Positions 1-2,138 of a DNA stretch of 2,138 bases are shown here, piece by piece. The DNA lies in the sequence record CAXNAA020000013.1; one strand, given 5' to 3'. Under the pieces are notes generated by a model. The model had not been told where the DNA came from, ran no database searches, and was given only the letters and a program-made list of their open reading frames with translations. Each line of letters starts with the position of its first letter. The first letter of the stretch is position 1. A program made the position numbers and the translations under genes.

Positions 1-1329
<1,329 letters not shown>

Positions 1330-1413
1330 AATAGTTTTAGTTAATAAAATTATATTTTTTAGATTTCTTGTATATTTTTAGTTTTTATTAGTCATGTTAC
1401 TTGTTGATGTCTA
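1330..1413 (+). other. LSU-SSU intergenic (or intra-transcript) spacer, ~84 nt, ~83% A+T; no tRNA or 5S rRNA
   Basis: Lies between the last recognisable 23S-like block and the first 16S-like block. By hand count it has 14 G/C in 84 nt. It is too short for a 5S rRNA (~115-120 nt), and it lacks tRNA hallmarks such as a GTTCGAATC-like T-loop or an acceptor/T-arm arrangement. Boundaries carry the uncertainty of the two flanking rRNA ends. Confidence 0.7.
1351..1381 (+). repeat. Imperfect direct repeat TATATTTTT(T)AG x2 within the spacer, copies 20 nt apart start to start
   Basis: Copy 1 is TATATTTTTTAG at 1351-1362 and copy 2 is TATATTTTTAG at 1371-1381. They differ only by one T in the T-run. 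The context is low-complexity A/T, so chance recurrence is plausible. Confidence 0.3.
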
Positions 1414-2138
1414 TATAAAATGAGTATGATCCTGGCTCAGAATGAAGGCTATAAGTCTGCTTTAATACATGCGAGTTGTATGGTTAAGATCCATAGCGTA
1501 CGGGTGAGTAATAAACGATATTCTATACCCAACTTTGGGATAATTCTATCTCTTTGGAGAGAAATTATAGAAAAATACCGAATACCTTTTTCTAAAGATT
1601 TTTGTTAAATGTTATTTAATATTTAATAAAAATTGGTTGGGGGTGAGATCGAATAGTATTAGGTAGTTGGTAAATAAAGCTTACCAAGCCGATGATGCTT
1701 AGTTGGTTTGGAAGAACGATCAACCACACTGGGACTGAAACAAGGCCCAGGTTTCTTTTTGAGGGCAGCAGTAGGGAATATTGGACGAATGCGCGAAAGC
1801 GTGATCCAGCAAGGCTTGGTGGGGGATTGAAGGCTTCGGTTGTAAACCCCTTTTTTAATTGAGGATAATGACAGTAGGTTAAGAATAAGTCCCGACTAAC
1901 TTCGTGCCAGCAGTCGCGGTAATACGAAGGGGGCTAGCCTTATTCAAAATAACTGGGCGTAAAGGGTTCGTAGGTGGTCTTTTATTTGTTTTTTGTTAAA
2001 TATTGCGGTTTGTTCGTAAAAAAGCAAGAAAAACGTTAAGACTGGAGTCCGACAAAAGAGAATAGAATGTTTCAATGAGGGGTAGAATCCTAAAAAGTGA
2101 AATGGAATACCATAATGGCGAAAGCGATTCTCTGGTTC
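1414..2138 (+). rRNA. rns: Small-subunit (16S-like) ribosomal RNA, 5' half (5' domain and start of central domain); 3' end cut by window edge; probably organellar (mitochondrial-type)
   Basis: The 5' terminus TGAGTATGATCCTGGCTCAGAATGAA (1421-1446) matches AGAGTTTGATCMTGGCTCAG plus the alphaproteobacterial-type AATGAACGCT continuation. Further conserved blocks follow in order: TAATACATGC.AGT (1463-1476); ACGGGTGAGTAA (1500-1511); TATTAG.TAGTTGGT...GCTTACCAAG.CGATGAT (1657-1696); CCACACTGGGACTGA.ACA.GGCCCAG (1724-1750); GGCAGCAGTAGGGAATATTGGAC.AATG (1764-1791); GATCCAGCAA (1803-1812); GAAGGC.TTCGG.TTGTAAA (1830-1847); GACTAACTTCGTGCCAGCAGTCGCGGTAATACGAAGGGGGCTAGC (1894-1938); ACTGGGCGTAAAGGG (1951-1965); and GGAATACC...TGGCGAAAGCG (2104-2126). 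The 5' boundary is estimated to +/-8 nt. Confidence 0.95.

Noticed and set aside
1330-1413. Possible 5S rRNA or tRNA gene between the LSU and SSU genes
   Set aside because: At ~84 nt the spacer is too short for a 5S rRNA. At ~17% G+C it lacks a T-loop motif and shows no cloverleaf-compatible acceptor or anticodon stems on inspection.
1412-1426. Resemblance of TATATAAAATGAGTA to the yeast-type mitochondrial nonanucleotide promoter ATATAAGTA
   Set aside because: The match is only partial and interrupted. The 3' part belongs to the conserved SSU 5' terminus, and there is no evidence that this lineage uses that promoter type.
1420-1608. Supplied 62-aa ORF on the plus strand
   Set aside because: Its ATG falls at the start of the conserved SSU 5' terminus (A-TGAGTATGATCCTGGCTCAG). 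The frame runs through the SSU 5' domain and stops inside the A/U-only V2-equivalent hairpin. It is an rRNA-embedded spurious ORF. Humanin/MOTS-c-style rRNA-embedded peptides are conceivable, but nothing in the sequence supports one.
2064-2110. Apparent deletion of the SSU 690-loop region with a duplicated TAGAAT motif (2063-2068 and 2083-2088)
   Set aside because: A first-pass alignment anchored on GGGGTAGAAT and GTGAAATG suggested ~20 nt were missing. Re-anchoring on the first TAGAAT gives a length-conserved alignment with complementary helix arms (2069-2074 with 2098-2103, and 2057-2063 with 2127-2133). No deletion or duplication needs to be invoked.

Overview
The whole window is ribosomal RNA, and I find no credible protein-coding gene, mobile element, CRISPR array or novel system. 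Bases 1 to about 1329 (+) are the 3' ~45% of a large-subunit (23S-like) rRNA. It is collinear with E. coli 23S from about position 1530 to the 3' end and covers domain IV, the peptidyl-transferase centre and the sarcin-ricin loop. An ~84-nt spacer follows (~1330-1413, ~83% A+T by hand count). From about 1414 to the window end (+) lies the 5' half of a small-subunit (16S-like) rRNA, from the AGAGTTTGATCCTGGCTCAG-type 5' terminus through the 530 loop to about E. coli position 740. Both supplied ORFs lie inside universally conserved rRNA cores and are spurious. Three things stand out. (1) The gene order is LSU then SSU on one strand, with a short spacer that holds no tRNA or 5S, the reverse of the bacterial 16S-23S-5S operon. 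(2) Composition is a mosaic of bacterial-like GC-balanced cores and nearly pure A/T variable helices, with alphaproteobacterial-type SSU motifs. This points to a mitochondrial genome of a protist or alga, or less likely an extremely reduced endosymbiont. (3) Changes at normally invariant SSU sites are base-pair compensated, which argues for a functional gene rather than a decayed copy. The LSU part has no introns, and the classical homing sites are unoccupied. All E. coli numbering is recalled from memory and may be off by a few nucleotides.
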